Virus record (IMG/VR): IMGVR_UViG_3300014205_000001
Location: 253,413 to 317,412 of that record
Source: a virus
Taxonomy: Duplodnaviria > Heunggongvirae > Uroviricota > Caudoviricetes
Length of the DNA stretch: 64,000 nucleotides
Reading direction: 5' to 3' (one strand)
Position 1 is the first letter of the stretch, and each line of letters starts with the position of its first letter. The notes beneath the pieces were generated by a model. The model did no database searches, was not told where the DNA came from, and saw nothing but the letters and a program-made list of their open reading frames with translations. Positions 9,762 through 18,588 of this stretch are shown here, piece after piece. A program made the position numbers and the translations under genes.

Positions 9762-10243
9762 AAAATAAAATAAAGAAATTTTTTGATGAGAACGATCAAG
9801 ATGAAGAAGTAATTTCAACATACGAAGAACCTAAAAGGAAAATTGACGAAATGTTATTTCACGGTTCAGGTGCATTTTCAGAAGTCATGTGGAAAATTGT
9901 AATGCGACGTCTTGATGAAGGTCATAGTATTTTATGTGGTTTACAACAAGGTGGAGATAAGAAGGAACAAAAACAAGGAGAAGAATGGATTAAAGATGTA
10001 ATACGAGACGTGTTAGCATCTTTTGGTTATTCAGATGCTGGATTAAAATTTCGTAAGTTACCTTATTTAAAAAGGAAACGACCTACATTAAATGATCTTT
10101 CTCTTAAACATGAACTTGATACATTTTACAAAGATAAAATTGGTGGACCCAATGGTGATCATTGGATAAAATACAAGAATCGTGAAGAGTTCCAAAGATT
10201 TCGTGCTTGGTTAGACAACAAAAATTACGACGAAGATATTTAA
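9758..10243 (+). CDS. hypothetical protein
   Basis: 161-aa ORF. Confidence 0.4.
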   Translation: MKNKIKKFFDENDQDEEVISTYEEPKRKIDEMLFHGSGAFSEVMWKIVMRRLDEGHSILCGLQQGGDKKEQKQGEEWIKDVIRDVLASFGYSDAGLKFRKLPYLKRKRPTLNDLSLKHELDTFYKDKIGGPNGDHWIKYKNREEFQRFRAWLDNKNYDEDI

Positions 10244-10612
10244 TTATTTGTAAAGAACAACTGTTGAAGCAATTCCTAAATTGACTTCAATCACACCTAC
10301 ATCTTGAGTTTTCCCAGGTAGAATATATACGTTTACTTTATAATCACGTGGATTTAATTCAGGAACATATTTTGTAATTTGATCCGTAATTTCATTTTGC
10401 AATGTCGATGCAGGAAATTTAGTTTTCCAAAGATATTTAGGTACATCAGCACCAAAATTTTCATCGCCTAATACTTCACCTTTATTTGTCATTAAAATCA
10501 TATAGATTTTTGCAATAACAGTTTCCAGAAAAGTTTGATTTTCTAATTTCAATTCATTGAAGCCTGGGTCTTTAGGACCTTTAACGTAAATATCTGATAA
10601 GTCTTTTGCCAT
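10244..10612 (-). CDS. baseplate wedge protein, T4 gp25 / GPW family
   Basis: TNKGEVLGDENFGADV ... YVPELNPRDYKVNVYILPG ... VIEVNL parallels T4 gp25 TRKGSRPFDPEFGCDL ... YEPRIDKLAVNVIPV ... IVEIRF. Confidence 0.65.
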   Translation of the reverse strand: MAKDLSDIYVKGPKDPGFNELKLENQTFLETVIAKIYMILMTNKGEVLGDENFGADVPKYLWKTKFPASTLQNEITDQITKYVPELNPRDYKVNVYILPGKTQDVGVIEVNLGIASTVVLYK

Positions 10613-10617
10613 GTGTT

Positions 10618-11592
10618 TTATATATTGTATTTAATATGAACACCTTGATCATCTTCAGTATCAAGAATATGTAATCCACCCATTTTGGTAATTTTAGGTA
10701 AGTTACGTAAAGTTTCCTCTAATGTTGTAAGCTGTGAGTTGTCTTTTAGTAAATAACATTCATCAGGAAAACGATTATAAATTTTGTAAAATAACATAAA
10801 GGATTGTTGTGACATACAATCAGCTGTGACTAATTTTACTAAAGGTTTTGTTTTAAGTATTTGTTGAACAACAGTTTTACCAAATCCTTGATTTTGAAAT
10901 TCAGGTAAAATTGTTAGATAAACAAATTTTATTTCTGTTTTTTCATCTAATATTTCGCAACTACCAATTAATTTATTTTTGTAAATGACATGAAAATCAT
11001 ATAAATTCGCTAATTTGAAATTTTGTTTAAGTGTAACTTCATTAGAATTTTGTAACTTCTCGGTAATATATCTGAACGCTTGAATGTTAGTTACTATACC
11101 TTCATGAATACCGATAAAAACTTTAAACCATTTTTCTAATACTGTTGGAGATAATGAATGACCATTGTCACCTTCAACGTCATCGATTTCAATAATATCA
11201 TCAGTAGGTATCATATCGTAAGTTTTATCGTTGTTGACAACTTTATCTTTCGTTGAAACAATTACCATTAAATCGTTAGGTACTAAAGTAGTATCAATAA
11301 TGTCAGGAATTGCTAATAATTTTTCGTTATTAGATTTAAATGAAGGCATGAATAATAAGCATTCAGTATTTGGTAATTGATTACATAAATGAAATGCTAA
11401 ACAACCACCTAAAGAATGACCAATAATTACATCGTAATGTGTTTCCTTGACTTTTTCTAAATACGTATTAAATATATTGGGTTGATTACGATAATCAATT
11501 AAAGGCATATCAAGACTTCCGTATTTAGATAAAATATCAATACGATCTTGAAAAGGTTTGGAATCTAATCCGTGTAAAAATAATATTTTCAT
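10618..11592 (-). CDS. alpha/beta-hydrolase (GHSLGG serine hydrolase) fused to GNAT acetyltransferase-like C-terminus
   Basis: N-terminal ILFLHGL..IIGHSLGG nucleophile elbow. C-terminal QNQGFGKTVVQQIL resembles the GNAT acetyl-CoA motif. Confidence 0.55.
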   Translation of the reverse strand: MKILFLHGLDSKPFQDRIDILSKYGSLDMPLIDYRNQPNIFNTYLEKVKETHYDVIIGHSLGGCLAFHLCNQLPNTECLLFMPSFKSNNEKLLAIPDIIDTTLVPNDLMVIVSTKDKVVNNDKTYDMIPTDDIIEIDDVEGDNGHSLSPTVLEKWFKVFIGIHEGIVTNIQAFRYITEKLQNSNEVTLKQNFKLANLYDFHVIYKNKLIGSCEILDEKTEIKFVYLTILPEFQNQGFGKTVVQQILKTKPLVKLVTADCMSQQSFMLFYKIYNRFPDECYLLKDNSQLTTLEETLRNLPKITKMGGLHILDTEDDQGVHIKYNI

Positions 11593-11595
11593 TAC

Positions 11596-12360
11596 TTATC
11601 GTGTTTTATTAAAGAAGAATCCACCAGCACCTTGCTGACCAATTTTTGTTAAGTATTCTTTTACTTCTGCAACCATTTCTTTACCTAATTCATAAATACG
11701 ATCTGTAGAAATTTTACTGTTACCAGCTAATTGCATATCTACAAATGATAAATGAATTGAATACGCCATCATTGTTTTACCTGTTACATAATTAATAAAA
11801 TATGGGTCACCAAATAAAGCTTCTTCACTAATATTGGCCCAAACTTCTAAAACTAAGTTACTACGTAATGAAGTTTGTACTTCAAAACGTTTACTGTTCG
11901 GATCGAAACTGAATTTAGTTGTGTTCTTATTGAAAGTCGATAAAGCATCCTGAAACGATTGCATCACTGCCATTGATTGAGCCCATTCACCTACATTGAC
12001 AGTTGCAATATAAGGTTGTGAAGTTAAACCAAAAGCTACACTATTTTGTGGTAATAAGTAACCTAATTGTTGCATCTCTTGATAGTTAACTAAATATACC
12101 CAACGTACTGCTTCCACTTCATCGGGCAATGTTAAAAACTTAATATCTGTACGACGATCACGATACATACCTTGTAAATCAACATAATAATATGTACGTT
12201 GATTGGCATATTTATATGCACGATAAAAGAAACGCATTGCATCATTTTTAATGATACGTTCAATATTATCATTACCTAATGTATAAGGTAATAAGCAATT
12301 TAATGTAACGTTATTACGAACGACATCAATTAATTCATCAAGTGCTAAACGTTTATCCAT
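11596..12360 (-). CDS. hypothetical protein (possible baseplate component)
   Basis: 254-aa ORF inside the gp25-containing module. Confidence 0.45.
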   Translation of the reverse strand: MDKRLALDELIDVVRNNVTLNCLLPYTLGNDNIERIIKNDAMRFFYRAYKYANQRTYYYVDLQGMYRDRRTDIKFLTLPDEVEAVRWVYLVNYQEMQQLGYLLPQNSVAFGLTSQPYIATVNVGEWAQSMAVMQSFQDALSTFNKNTTKFSFDPNSKRFEVQTSLRSNLVLEVWANISEEALFGDPYFINYVTGKTMMAYSIHLSFVDMQLAGNSKISTDRIYELGKEMVAEVKEYLTKIGQQGAGGFFFNKTR

Positions 12361-12361
12361 T

Positions 12362-13702
12362 TTATTTCTTAGTATCTTTTATAATTTTATCTGTAGGACT
12401 AACTTGCCAGAATGTATCTTTATTGCTCATTTTTACACTTACATCTAAATCAGCATTCTCTCCCATGTTACCTGAACGAAATACACCTTCAACCATTTTA
12501 CAATCAATTAATCCACCATCGAACATACAATTTTCTAATACAGAATCTTCTAATGCTTGACAGTTACTTAATTTCACATTATCAATATTGGATTCGTAAA
12601 TATTACTTGTATAGACGTGACCATTACTTACGTCGCAATTAATTAAATCGCAATTGAATAAAGTACATTCAGTAATTCTGCAGTTAATAAAATCAACATT
12701 CGATAAATCAACTTTATTCAAGATGCCATCTACAATTTCTAAACGACTAGTATCAGTATTGTAGTTAACACGAATACCTTCAAATTTTTCTACGTTTTTT
12801 ACAACTTCGAAAATTTTACCCTTAAATTTATCCCAGTTCGCACAGATAGTTCTGTAGTCACCTTCTTTATCCATTTCAACTTTAATATTATCAATGTTCG
12901 ATAAAAATTCGTTATAAGATGTGTATTGTTTGAACCAATTAATATTGTCTTCTAAATAAGAAAGTAATTTAATGTTATCTTCCGCGATTAATGGGTCAGT
13001 GATTGCTTTACGCGTTTCTAAGACAAAGTAATCCATTAACGTTAAGATACGATCAGTTTGTTTTTCGTAATTTTCACCTCCAATGTAACGATATTCTAAA
13101 TATCCTTTCCATTTTTTCTGCATATTAATACCGTAGTATTTAGTATCATCAGGTATTGTTAAGGATTCTAATGTATGACGTAAACCAACTTCGCTATCAT
13201 CAAAACCTTCGAATGGCATTATCCATTTAATAGAACGAGCATAAATATTGTTACGGCGATTTGGAAATTTTTCGTACACAAAATCTTCGTTAAAGTTTAG
13301 AATCAATTTTACTAGATTTACATCTAATACTTTCATATCATCAAATGATACATTGACATGGACTGAACAGTGATCATCAGTATAACCATTTTCATTAATC
13401 CAGTCTAACATTTTAATTGTAATGACTCTGGCATCCATCCATGTTAAAGGTCCTGTGACCATTTCTAACATATTAGGGCCACCTGAATAGTCAGGTTCGA
13501 TTTTGAATTTTTTGTCAGTAGGTGTAAAGTTACTATGATATTGGTTGAATCCCCAAATTTCAATTCCTTGAAAATGATTATTTAAAGATTCTAATGTTTT
13601 AATATAGTGATGATTTGAATACATTTCAAACTCAAGACCTACTTTCGCATTAACTAAATCTTTCCAATTACTGATAAAAGTACTATTTAAATTATTAGGC
13701 AT
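12362..13702 (-). CDS. glutamine-synthetase-fold amidoligase-like N-domain + pentapeptide-repeat beta-helix C-domain
   Basis: VGLEFEM and CSVHVNV resemble the GxExE / hHvHv signatures of GCS2/amidoligase enzymes. The C-terminus has clear 5-residue periodicity (INCRI TECTL FNCDL INCDV ...). Confidence 0.45.
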   Translation of the reverse strand: MPNNLNSTFISNWKDLVNAKVGLEFEMYSNHHYIKTLESLNNHFQGIEIWGFNQYHSNFTPTDKKFKIEPDYSGGPNMLEMVTGPLTWMDARVITIKMLDWINENGYTDDHCSVHVNVSFDDMKVLDVNLVKLILNFNEDFVYEKFPNRRNNIYARSIKWIMPFEGFDDSEVGLRHTLESLTIPDDTKYYGINMQKKWKGYLEYRYIGGENYEKQTDRILTLMDYFVLETRKAITDPLIAEDNIKLLSYLEDNINWFKQYTSYNEFLSNIDNIKVEMDKEGDYRTICANWDKFKGKIFEVVKNVEKFEGIRVNYNTDTSRLEIVDGILNKVDLSNVDFINCRITECTLFNCDLINCDVSNGHVYTSNIYESNIDNVKLSNCQALEDSVLENCMFDGGLIDCKMVEGVFRSGNMGENADLDVSVKMSNKDTFWQVSPTDKIIKDTKK

Positions 13703-14105
13703 ATATCTTAACTGTATTAATTATTTGTTTGTTGAAGATGATCAGTAAATTTTCACCATTTACTTTTAAAGCTTTGTACGAATTATTTAATACATAAGGT
13801 TTTACGTATTTATCTCCAAATTTCGTAGTTTTCCCAAATTTTGAAATATTTTGATTGGCTAAACTGTTGTTCATGACAGTTAATAAATCTTCAAAATTCT
13901 TTACAATTAGAACATCATCTAATGATTCTAATTTAACTTCTAGCAGAATATTTTTATTAATCGGTAATAACATATTACTGAGATTAAGAATAAGTCCTGT
14001 GCCATAAATTGACTGACTATCAAAATGTTCCAGACGTAATTTATTGGAAATTGCGCTTGAAACTTGATATAAATCTGTCTGATAGTAGTAATTCAGTTGT
14101 AGCAT
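13695..14105 (-). CDS. hypothetical protein
   Basis: 136-aa ORF. Confidence 0.4.
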   Translation of the reverse strand: MLQLNYYYQTDLYQVSSAISNKLRLEHFDSQSIYGTGLILNLSNMLLPINKNILLEVKLESLDDVLIVKNFEDLLTVMNNSLANQNISKFGKTTKFGDKYVKPYVLNNSYKALKVNGENLLIIFNKQIINTVKIYA

Positions 14106-14130
14106 GTATTATATATTAAATATATAAACT

Positions 14131-14868
14131 ATGGACACAAGATACAAATTTAAAGAAGTTGGAAGAATGTTTAAAGTACTTTATAATGATTATCATGATA
14201 AAGAATATCAAAATGCTGTAATTCCATCTAAACGTCAGAAATGGCAAGCATATTTACGTACAATCAAATGCTTATTAATATACTTATGGAATGGAATTTC
14301 AGCTCCTATATTTTATCCATTTTGGTATTTATTTAGAACTCAAATCTGTGCTAAGATTTATAAAAATACATCGTGGCAGGAGATTAATGATTTAGTCGAA
14401 AAGAATAAAAGAAAAGAAGTGAACGCATTACTTAAACCCAATGGTAAATTTTGGTATTGGTTGTGGACTTATGGTGATTTACGTGATCCGTTAGGTGAAG
14501 GCGAAATTGTGAATTATGGTGTGAAAAACAATTTTTGGAATCGTTATAAAGAAAACGGATTTCGAAATGCTAGATTTACTATTAATTTCATGAAATTTAA
14601 TACTGCAGACATTGTTAAAGTTGTACCTATTATTGATAAACAAAATCCACATGTGTTTGTTAAGTCATGGGGTTTAGGAGATAAAAAAGCAGGTGTTTAT
14701 TTTGCATGGATGCTGGATGAAGATAATGATTGGCATTTAATCTATCGCGATTTAAATGCAAACAATTATTTTTATTATGGGTATGTAGGTTTAGGTAGTT
14801 TCGGAAGAAAATACACTAGATTTGAAGTAAGTTATCGTGCAACTGATAGTACGTATACTAAATATTAA
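14131..14868 (+). CDS. hypothetical protein
   Basis: 245-aa ORF, Trp/Tyr-rich, lone + gene inside minus block. Confidence 0.45.
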   Translation: MDTRYKFKEVGRMFKVLYNDYHDKEYQNAVIPSKRQKWQAYLRTIKCLLIYLWNGISAPIFYPFWYLFRTQICAKIYKNTSWQEINDLVEKNKRKEVNALLKPNGKFWYWLWTYGDLRDPLGEGEIVNYGVKNNFWNRYKENGFRNARFTINFMKFNTADIVKVVPIIDKQNPHVFVKSWGLGDKKAGVYFAWMLDEDNDWHLIYRDLNANNYFYYGYVGLGSFGRKYTRFEVSYRATDSTYTKY

Positions 14869-15167
14869 TCGTTAACTGCAGTAGAATTTTTGGTAATTAC
14901 TGTTTCAGGCAAATTAGGTTTACCTTCTTTTAAATCATTCAACAAAGCAATTTTATCACGAATTGAATCCACTAAACATTCAGTAAGTTCTTTAGATTCG
15001 AACGTCACGCCTTCGATCGTAAGTTTACGATAAATTTTGTGATAGATCAAATTGTAATTAGCTTCGTCCAAGTTCAAATAGTTTAAGAACTGTTGTGGAG
15101 TTACGCCTTCAATTACATACGAATCTAAAAATTGATTAATAGCTTGATATATTTTTGTTTTGTTCAT
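14865..15167 (-). CDS. hypothetical protein
   Basis: 100-aa ORF. Confidence 0.4.
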   Translation of the reverse strand: MNKTKIYQAINQFLDSYVIEGVTPQQFLNYLNLDEANYNLIYHKIYRKLTIEGVTFESKELTECLVDSIRDKIALLNDLKEGKPNLPETVITKNSTAVND

Positions 15168-15724
15168 TAGTATTCCCCGTAATATTTATCACCAAATAAT
15201 GCTGTGATAAAATGCATTAAATTTTCATCAGCAAAACCATCAAATTCAGGATAAATTGAATTAGCTGCTTCTTTAAGAGTTTTACCAATTACTGAATCAG
15301 GAACGTTATCTTCTTCATCACCTTTTAATTCAGTAATATAATATTGATTTATTTTTTGAATATCTTCAGCTGTTAATACATGTTCCGCTTCAGGTACTGT
15401 ATTTACATTATCTAATGTTAATGCAGTTTTATCATCATTTGTAACAGGAGTTAATGTAGAACCACCATGACCTTCACCACCTTGAGGTGTTTCTTCACTT
15501 AAATGATTTTCTAAAAAATCATCCATGTCAGCTTTAATTTTTCCGAAAATAAATTCAATTTCTTCATTTGTAAAAGGTGCACTTAATTTTTCACCTAAGA
15601 AAGTTGAAACTTCAGAAGCTAATTCGTATAATTGCGCTGCACGTTCAGTATCAATTGATTCAACAATTTTATCGTTGTTTTCAACAATTTTATTTTCGTT
15701 TACTATATCTGTAAATTTTCTCAT
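15167..15724 (-). CDS. hypothetical acidic protein
   Basis: 185-aa ORF. Confidence 0.45.
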   Translation of the reverse strand: MRKFTDIVNENKIVENNDKIVESIDTERAAQLYELASEVSTFLGEKLSAPFTNEEIEFIFGKIKADMDDFLENHLSEETPQGGEGHGGSTLTPVTNDDKTALTLDNVNTVPEAEHVLTAEDIQKINQYYITELKGDEEDNVPDSVIGKTLKEAANSIYPEFDGFADENLMHFITALFGDKYYGEY

Positions 15725-15732
15725 TTTGATAA

Positions 15733-16431
15733 TTAGTTTTTATTTTGTATTAACATTTCATGCCAACGTTTTGTAATTTCTTCAGGTGTTAATTCTTCAC
15801 CTTCTTCCCAATTAAAATTATTTAAATCTTGAATATAATTTTGTGGTATTATATCTAAAAATAAATTATATTTTTTGTTGAAAGCGTTTAATTTTTGAAG
15901 AAAATCATCATAATTTGTCATCCCAGCATTCAACACATCTGATAAATCTTGATTTATTTCAGTACCTACACTATATTGAGGTGGATTAATTGGTCTTTTT
16001 TCTTTTGTAGGATTGAATTTATTAATTAATTGAGATACTGTTCTAATAATGTATAATTGTTCTTCAGATGAATATTCGTTTCTAAGAACAGTATTCATAA
16101 TATTATCTTTAAGTTCTTCAGCAATTAAATATAATTCACCTTCACGATCAGCATCTAAAGATTCTAATACTTTATTGTTATCAACATTTTCACCAACGCC
16201 TGTTGCTCCACCTTTAAAATGTTCAATCAAATCAATTGTATAATCAATCATTTTAATATGACCTCCATTATATGTATCAAGTGTATGTTGCATTAAATCA
16301 ATAGCTTTATCTGCTTCTTCACCTGCAGCACCTTCGTTTTCAGCAGCAACGTAACCTTCAAATTTCACTGATGCAGTGTATTTGAATTTGCTATTTAAAC
16401 TTTCTTTAATTAAATCGGTTAGTTTTCTCAT
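15733..16431 (-). CDS. hypothetical acidic protein
   Basis: 232-aa ORF. Confidence 0.45.
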   Translation of the reverse strand: MRKLTDLIKESLNSKFKYTASVKFEGYVAAENEGAAGEEADKAIDLMQHTLDTYNGGHIKMIDYTIDLIEHFKGGATGVGENVDNNKVLESLDADREGELYLIAEELKDNIMNTVLRNEYSSEEQLYIIRTVSQLINKFNPTKEKRPINPPQYSVGTEINQDLSDVLNAGMTNYDDFLQKLNAFNKKYNLFLDIIPQNYIQDLNNFNWEEGEELTPEEITKRWHEMLIQNKN

Positions 16432-16432
16432 A

Positions 16433-16888
16433 TTATTGTTTATTTAATTTATCTAATACATTTGTAACTGCTGTTGACATAGTATCATCAACAACAATAT
16501 GAAATTCATTAGTTCCGTCTTCAGTGTAATACTTTACATCGTCAATGATAATGTTGGTATTATATTCAGTATCTCCAGGAGTTGTATTTGTTTCAGGTGT
16601 TACTCGACCTCTTTCAATATAATTTGTCCAATTCACAATAATAGCAGTTTGATTAGTGCTATTCATAAAACTGATTTCATTTTCTTGTTTTGCAGATTCT
16701 TCTCCCATTTCTGGAAATAAGTTATAATCAACGTTACCTTCAATAACCCATTCACCTGCTTGTAAACTACCTTTGACAGCAGTTTCAGCAATTTTATGAA
16801 GTGCTTCTAATACAATTGGATAATATTTTTTATTATCGTCTTGAAACTCTTCAAAAGTTTTAACGTTTATGCTATAGTTCGTGCCCAT
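16433..16888 (-). CDS. hypothetical protein
   Basis: 151-aa ORF. Confidence 0.45.
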   Translation of the reverse strand: MGTNYSINVKTFEEFQDDNKKYYPIVLEALHKIAETAVKGSLQAGEWVIEGNVDYNLFPEMGEESAKQENEISFMNSTNQTAIIVNWTNYIERGRVTPETNTTPGDTEYNTNIIIDDVKYYTEDGTNEFHIVVDDTMSTAVTNVLDKLNKQ

Positions 16889-17412
16889 TTAAGTTGTGTT
16901 GATATATTTATTGCGTCTGCTAATTCTAAAGTTTTAACGACCACATTTTTATTGTATTCGTTTAATACATTTAAATTATTAATGTAAAAATATGAAGGTC
17001 CGTTTTCGTTATAAGCAGCAAATGTATAAAATTCTTCTTTTTTAATATTTTTATTAAGAGATTCAAATAATTTAATAACATTTGTTACTTTATCTTTTTC
17101 AACTGATACTATCAATTCAAAAGGATTTTTTGATTCTAATATTTTAGAACTGAAATTATATTCATATCCAAACATTGATTCATAAAATACTGCTAATTCA
17201 CTTTGAATTGCCTCAATATTATTCTTAACGAATTTTACACTTATTTCTTCAGGTGCTTTTGCTGGGTCAGTAAAAACTTTTTCAACTAATAAATTAGTTT
17301 GAAAACGGCTTAAACGACAATTAAGAGCTAACTCACAAATCTTTTGAATTTGTGTATCAGGTATTCTGTTTTCGTTCATTTTTTGCTTAAATTCGTTGAA
17401 GTTAGTTATCAT
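16867..17412 (-). CDS. hypothetical protein
   Basis: 181-aa ORF. Confidence 0.45.
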   Translation of the reverse strand: MITNFNEFKQKMNENRIPDTQIQKICELALNCRLSRFQTNLLVEKVFTDPAKAPEEISVKFVKNNIEAIQSELAVFYESMFGYEYNFSSKILESKNPFELIVSVEKDKVTNVIKLFESLNKNIKKEEFYTFAAYNENGPSYFYINNLNVLNEYNKNVVVKTLELADAINISTQLKWARTIA

Positions 17413-17430
17413 TAATGTTATATATTAAAG

Positions 17431-18513
17431 TTACAGTGCAAAACCACCAAAATCCTCATCTCCCATGTCTTGTTTGAAATTTCCGGACACATAATTCGTA
17501 ATTTCTTGTTCTTGAGGAGCAACCTGAACAGATTTCGATTCTGTCCATTTACTAATCCATGAAATAGGATTTTGCACCTTATCAAAAATTGGTTCCAATT
17601 TAATCATTTTCATTCTATTGTTCGTTAACCATTTCATGTACTGAGTTAAAATCTCAGCATTTAAGCCTAACATTGAACCATCCTTGAATAAATAATTAGC
17701 CCACTCAATTTCTTCCTGTGCAGCATCTTTAAACATTTGGATTACTAAATCTTCACATTCAGCAGCAACGTCTTTAAAACCTTCACTTGATTCGTCATTC
17801 AATGTTTTAATTAAAAAAGATGTGAACCCCATGTGTAAATTTTCATCTCTGTTAATCAATTCAATAATTGATGCATTACCTACCATTTTCTTATTTTCCG
17901 CAAAGCAATAAGAACATGCAAATGATACATAGAAACGAATACCTTCCAAGATATTTATCGACATTAGAGTTAAATACAAACGTTTTTTACGATTATGTAA
18001 TGTATCGTTAGGTATACCTTCAATTAAAGCATCATAATACTTAGTAACTGAAGTAGTACGTTTAATAATTTCTGTATCTTGTAGAATAGTATCTAACATT
18101 TCACTAGGATTGGGATAAATATTCTTAATAATATAAGTATAAGAATATGAATGTAAAGTTTCGAAAAATTCCCAAGTTTTTGCGAAGGCTTCGATTTCTG
18201 GATTTGAACAGTCTTCTAATAAATGACTGATACCACGACTTTGTACAGAGTCCAGAAGAATTTGATAACCTAAATTTTTAGTAAAGATAAATTTTTCATG
18301 GTCTAATAAAGACGAATAATCTCCTTTGTCTTTCGATACGTTAATTTCTTCAGGACGCCAAAAAAATCCGATTTGCTGTTTGAACAAACCAAAGATATTT
18401 GCATGACGGAATTTGTCATATCGTTGGAGTCCTAATTTTTCGCCAAAAAATGATGGCTCTTTTGTAAAATCGATGTTTTTTAAGTTTATTATACTCATAA
18501 TTTTATCCGGCAA
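17431..18513 (-). CDS. nrdB: ribonucleotide reductase class Ia small subunit
   Basis: R2 ferritin-like di-iron motifs (EAFAKTWEFFETLHSYSY ... ENLHMGF). Size and placement next to nrdA. Confidence 0.9.
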   Translation of the reverse strand: MPDKIMSIINLKNIDFTKEPSFFGEKLGLQRYDKFRHANIFGLFKQQIGFFWRPEEINVSKDKGDYSSLLDHEKFIFTKNLGYQILLDSVQSRGISHLLEDCSNPEIEAFAKTWEFFETLHSYSYTYIIKNIYPNPSEMLDTILQDTEIIKRTTSVTKYYDALIEGIPNDTLHNRKKRLYLTLMSINILEGIRFYVSFACSYCFAENKKMVGNASIIELINRDENLHMGFTSFLIKTLNDESSEGFKDVAAECEDLVIQMFKDAAQEEIEWANYLFKDGSMLGLNAEILTQYMKWLTNNRMKMIKLEPIFDKVQNPISWISKWTESKSVQVAPQEQEITNYVSGNFKQDMGDEDFGGFAL

Positions 18514-18588
18514 TATCCGGCAATTTTTAATTTGTTATGTTGTTGAAAATGATTTGATTTACTTTTCTATCCGGCAATATCCGGCAAT
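18505..18588. repeat. two copies of ATCCGGCAATATCCGGCAAT (decamer x2 each) 64 bp apart in the nrdA-nrdB intergenic region
   Basis: Exact 20-mer at 18505-18524 and 18569-18588. GC-rich relative to the surrounding AT-rich sequence. Confidence 0.6.
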
